A program made the translations under genes and the position numbers. A stretch of DNA of 63,776 nt, filler included, from Folioceros fuciformis (lineage: Eukaryota), in NCBI GenBank assembly GCA_049999805.1. It is 10 parts of 10 records of this genome, joined end to end, with 100 filler letters (N's around TTAATTAATTAA, not from the genome) between each part and the next. Parts side by side here need not be neighbours in the genome. Positions count along the whole stretch, not along the records: positions 57,952 to 61,406 come from JBNGIO010002631.1; positions 61,507 to 62,666 come from JBNGIO010002632.1; positions 62,767 to 63,776 come from JBNGIO010002639.1; 7 more parts are not named here. The stretch is one strand, 5' to 3'. The first letter of the stretch is position 1. Each line of letters begins with the position of its first letter. This document shows positions 59,552 to 63,776 of this stretch, in pieces. The notes under the pieces were generated by a model, which was not told where the DNA came from, ran no database searches, and saw nothing but the letters and a program-made list of their open reading frames with translations.

Positions 59552-61406
59552 TGTGGGGTTAAAATATGGTACCCGGGGGTACCGCGAGGTCCACACAAGC
59601 CCTCTATGTCGTTGTAGCTCTGGGATTCGATCCCAAGGGAATGATTTGTGTTAAACTACACAGGTTAGCTTCTAAAGTCAATTAACACCTAAAGCTCGAC
59701 TGACCCACACACACACGTCCAGTGCTCGGACCTTACCAAACCCCCTTACTTCTCCCACCAGACGACCCCTCAACCACCTAGTTGCCCCAGGGACTACCCC
59801 CCTGGACTACTCTTGGTTGCCCACCGGGCCTCCCTCCGTTCCCCAATGGACTACTACCGTCGCCCCCTGGACTACCTCCGTCATCTTTCGGGCAACGGTC
59901 GCCTGACGCTCTACCGCTCGTGAGTCCCACTCTCTCTCTCTCTCTCTCTCTCTCAGTTCCCTCTCTCTAGGGTTTTCTCTCCCTATGGTTTCCTCTCTCC
60001 CTTCGGGTTGTTCCTACCCCACTGATAACCTCCTGCCCGCGCATCCCCTTTTGCGCTTCCCTTCCTTGGTTCACCACAAAACCGCCTCACTCACCTCAGG
60101 AACAAGCGCACGCACACATGAACAGCAGCAATCTGTTGAACGCCTTCCACCCGCGTGATCTCACACCTTAGATACACCCCCTGCGATCTCAATTCAGCTT
60201 CTTCACAGCCTCTCCAGTCTCATCGCGACCAGTCACACATACACACCACGTCTCGTTGTACCCCACACACATTACTCACCTCGCCTCCGGGGTTTCCCTG
60301 GCTTGGTTCTCTCTTACCCCACTCACCAGTTCTCTGTATACATTCTGCCTGTCTTAACAGTCGTCGAATCACTTCCACTCTGCTTCACTTCCTGCTTCCA
60401 CTCCTTCTGGCTTCCTTTTCGCATTCGCTCTTACCCACTACTCGGCCACTCGCTCCTCCTCCTTCTCACACACGCGCACTCTCGCACTCTCCTTTCTCCG
60501 GTTCTTCAGTCTTCTTTCTCAGCGATGCCCTTCCTGGGCTCCTATTAAGGTTGAGGAATGGTGAGGTACCGGGGCTAAGGGAAGAGGAGTCCCTTCCACT
60601 CTGAACTCGCGGATTCGGCTCCGACACCCGCACCACCCCACGTGACCACCTCGAGGATAGCTGGGGAGCTTCTCTCCCACTCGGCGAGGCTCCTCCTCCC
60701 GATTTGTCCCCGGACATGATCACGGAGCGCCCACCACCTACACCTGCACCCCAAGTTGCTACGTGCGCTCGCTTGCCTGGACCTCCTGTCCAGCAACGGC
60801 CATCGCTAGGTCCCTGCAAGGTCGACTGTTCGGCTGGTTCTTGCTGATTTCTTAGGCCTTCAAACCGGCCTCTTGTACATGGTGATGGCGGTTTTTTCCG
60901 CCATAAACTCTGTCAGGCAGGGGAGCTGAGCTCTTAAATTTTGAGCGACTTAGGTCCAAATAAAGCACGCTAAAAAAATCCTATTCTAGCCTACATTTAC
61001 TATCGCCCTTTCCCACGCCGCTGGTGGCTTCCTCCTGGCCTTCGCGCGTCACCCCTTGCTGCTCCTCCTCTCGCTCTTCTGCCCCTCCGTTGGTCCGGCA
61101 GATCCTCCCAGAGGATCTCCGCATCACTGCTGCTACTGCTGGACCTGGCTGGCGGCGCAGGTGGGTCCCGCCACTGTGGTCCACCATTCCTCCTCCTTCT
61201 CTGGTTGCTGAGGACAGCCACAGGCCCCAGTTCTACCCAGCGCTAGGCCTCATCTTCCGTCAGTTCCTCCAGAACTGCCTCCGCATAGTAGTGGGGCATA
61301 GCAGTCCGGTAGTCCCGTGGACTACCAGATTACCGGTAGTCCCCTCGACTACCGTTCCCCTGGTACGGCTACCGGTAGCCCCTTCTGCTACCGGGGTCGC
61401 CGGCTG
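59552..61406 (-). mobile_element. Family C element, 3' terminal part, inserted in family A
   Basis: Begins TGTGGGG (+) exactly where family A similarity stops. 60540-61400 matches 49730-50450. Confidence 0.78.
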
Positions 61407-61506
61407 NNNNNNNNNNNNNNNNNNNNNNNNNNNNNNNNNNNNNNNNNNNNTTAATTAATTAANNNNNNNNNNNNNNNNNNNNNNNNNNNNNNNNNNNNNN
61501 NNNNNN

Positions 61507-61643
61507 CGGCAACACGCTGCCCGCGATCCTACCAGACACTGTACAGCCGGCAACACGCTACCTGCAATCCTACCAGACACTGTATAGCTGGCAACACGCG
61601 GCTTGCGATCCTACCAGACGTTGCACAGCCGGCAACACACTGC
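61507..61643. repeat. 41-bp tandem repeat, ~3.3 units
   Basis: cggcaacacgctgcccgcgatcctaccagacactgtacagc is repeated; probably inside an LTR because a PBS follows. Confidence 0.85.
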
Positions 61644-61869
61644 AGGTCCTAAACCAAGCAGGGACAGGCCACAAGAGCTCATGAAGATAAAGGAAATTAT
61701 GTTAGTTTAGGTTAGTAGTTTCATAATCAGTTATAACTACTCTTTTAAAATACGCATATATACTCTTTTTCATTTTTTTTTCTTTAATAACAACGATAAC
61801 TACCTTTGCCCCTCGTGCCTCGTGCGCTCTCGCTCCCGTGCTCTCTCCCACAATTCACACAACGCGAAA

Positions 61870-61881
61870 TGGTATCAGAGC
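61870..61881 (+). promoter_or_regulatory. PBS (tRNA-iMet) of a further truncated LTR retroelement
   Basis: Exact TGGTATCAGAGC, followed 1 nt later by an ATG; TATA-like tract at ~61756. Confidence 0.7.
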
Positions 61882-62766
61882 CATGGCAATCGATTTGACT
61901 CACTTGCCCGATCTGAAATTGTGATTAGAAACATGGCTTTCATGCCTATTTTATTAATTTTATGAAGTGTGGAGAATCGCGAGGAGGTAGATGGCTGCTT
62001 CGGCCTGAAGGCTCAACCCGAAACTGTACAGGGGATGGAGAAGGCAGCCTGCAACGATAATTCCAGTCCGCGGCGTGCGATCTCAGCATTTCGTCTTGTG
62101 ATTTCCCATCGGCATGCTGCGGCCTGAAGCGCGTACAACAAAAGGAGGGCTTCGCATGGCAATTTGAAGCCGGGCAGTGGGAGCAGATGATAGCCCCATG
62201 GCTGCACGCACCCTGAATCAAATCGTCCACCAGGGACGCCTAGCATGCAATCCGGTTGGCGCTCTCTGAGGCGCAGTTTGTAGATGGGAGCACCCACAGG
62301 CTCTTTGGATGTGAAGATTTCTGTGGGTAGACGATGGTGAAGGTGCCAGCCTGATATCTGCACGCCTGTGCCTTCCAAGCCCTATCGCGGCAGTGATGCT
62401 AGCATAACCCGATCAGATGCCAGATGTTTTCCACGTGCTGGGATGGAGATCGCAGCACCAAAGCGCGCCATACCCTGATCCAGATTTCCAGCAACCTATT
62501 GCCGCGATGCATTTTTCTGGTTTGGCAGGATACACGGATTGCGGCGTTTCGTGGCCCGGTGTGAAGTTCTTGGCAAGAGCGTCATAGATGTTTGAGATCC
62601 AATTGCAAATTCTGAGGCACTCACGGTCTGAGGATTCAGGACATTATAACGCTGATTTGCAGCCGCNNNNNNNNNNNNNNNNNNNNNNNNNNNNNNNNNN
62701 NNNNNNNNNNTTAATTAATTAANNNNNNNNNNNNNNNNNNNNNNNNNNNNNNNNNNNNNNNNNNNN

Positions 62767-62810
62767 ATAAGCAAGGATGTGGTATTTGATGAGTTAGCCT
62801 CCTGGTATAG
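62767..62810 (+). mobile_element. Short copia pol fragment
   Basis: Translates ISKDVVFDELASWY, the copia post-integrase SRDVVFDE motif. Confidence 0.6.
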
Positions 62811-63776
62811 TGTGAACCTCCAAAGTTTGGGGTAGTGGTTTTGTTAGAGTTTTCTAGAGCGGAGAGCTTGAGAAAATCAGAACAATGGTAGGCAAAAGAA
62901 TAATACATTACAATTAACAAAAATGTTTAAATACGTAAGTAAAGTGTCTCTTCATATTAGGGCTAATTAATCAAGGCTAATTATGGTAAATATATTATCA
63001 ACCCTAATCTAATGACGTGGTTACCAAGACCTGGTAGGTCTCTTAACAGGTTTGTTTTGGTTGAAAAGGGGTTAATAGTGGTATGGTATGGTTTGGTTTT
63101 CTTTTTCTACTTATTTTCCCTAATTTTCCTTTATTTTTTTGGTCATTTTTCCTATTTTTCCTTGTGCTAATTAGGTTAATAAACTAGTAAATAGTTGGTT
63201 TGGTTATTAGAGTGGGTATAGGTTTGCTCCCAGACCTGGGAAGGTTTAGGTCCGGTACCGAACCATAGGGTCAGGAAAGGTTGAGTCTAGGTCTGGTGAT
63301 TAGTTTAATATTAATTAAAGATATATAATATTAAATGATTAATAATGGTAGAATATATTAAATAATATAAAATATAAAATAATAAGAGGAACCTAGGAAC
63401 GGGCATATGTGGGGTATGGTATATCAGAGTCTAACGTCTAGCTGGCTGGCCTGAACGGCTATGGAGGCCGTGCCCTAGCTAGGGCTAGAGGCAGGGGTTG
63501 CGGCCGCCCCCATCTCCCTCACTTCCTCCCTTTTTTTCTCCCTTCCTCCTCCATTCTCCTCTTCTTCCCCCCCTTCCTCTTCTTCCTCCCTTCCTTCTCA
63601 ATCTCCCCTCCCGCTTCTTCTTTTGGATGTAGATTGCAGGTAGGGGGAGGGACCCCCGAGCATTGGGAGTGAAGGCCACTACATGAGGACCAGGAGCTGC
63701 GACCTTGCTCACCCCCCGATTTCTAGATTCCAGTTGCTGATCTATCTTCCTGCCTTGTTCCCGCTGCCTCGCTTCC
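62811..63776 (+). mobile_element. 5' terminus of a family A element
   Basis: TGTGAACCTCCAAAG start, colinear with 9718-10176 apart from a 207-bp insertion. Confidence 0.82.
62842..63048. mobile_element. 207-bp solo LTR with a 5-bp target-site duplication (GGTTT)
   Basis: TGTTAGAG...CTCTTAACA ends, GGTTT at 62837-62841 and 63049-63053, and absent from the paralogous copies at 9718 and 45854. Confidence 0.88.

Noticed and set aside
61507-61643. CRISPR-like or ncRNA array
   Set aside because: Simple 41-bp tandem repeat upstream of a PBS, consistent with an LTR-internal repeat.

Overview
Eukaryotic, land-plant-type genomic DNA. The compact GT-AG introns and the gene set suggest a non-seed plant, but this is inference. 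The window is ten contigs joined by nine artificial 100-nt linkers (N44-TTAATTAATTAA-N44). A gene island at about 31-43 kb carries a six-exon NRAMP metal transporter (+), the minor-spliceosome U11/U12-48K gene (-), and a secreted PR-1/CAP protein with a long Pro/Ala linker (-) plus a degenerate duplicate of its last exon. The 3' three exons of a PP4 catalytic subunit lie at 22.5-23.1 kb. The rest is nested, decayed transposon sequence: two copies of one Ty1/copia family, an L1-type LINE, gag fragments, a 207-bp solo LTR with a 5-bp target-site duplication, and F-box and PPR pseudogene remnants. Most notable are three diverged repeat families (called A, B and C here). They lack gag/pol but each encodes the same unnamed domain (R..P..W......VY......G / G...DW) followed by a long coiled-coil-like region. 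Families A and C appear to be 4.5-5.5-kb units bounded by TGTGAA...CCACA, with a TATA box about 50-60 nt before the ORF.
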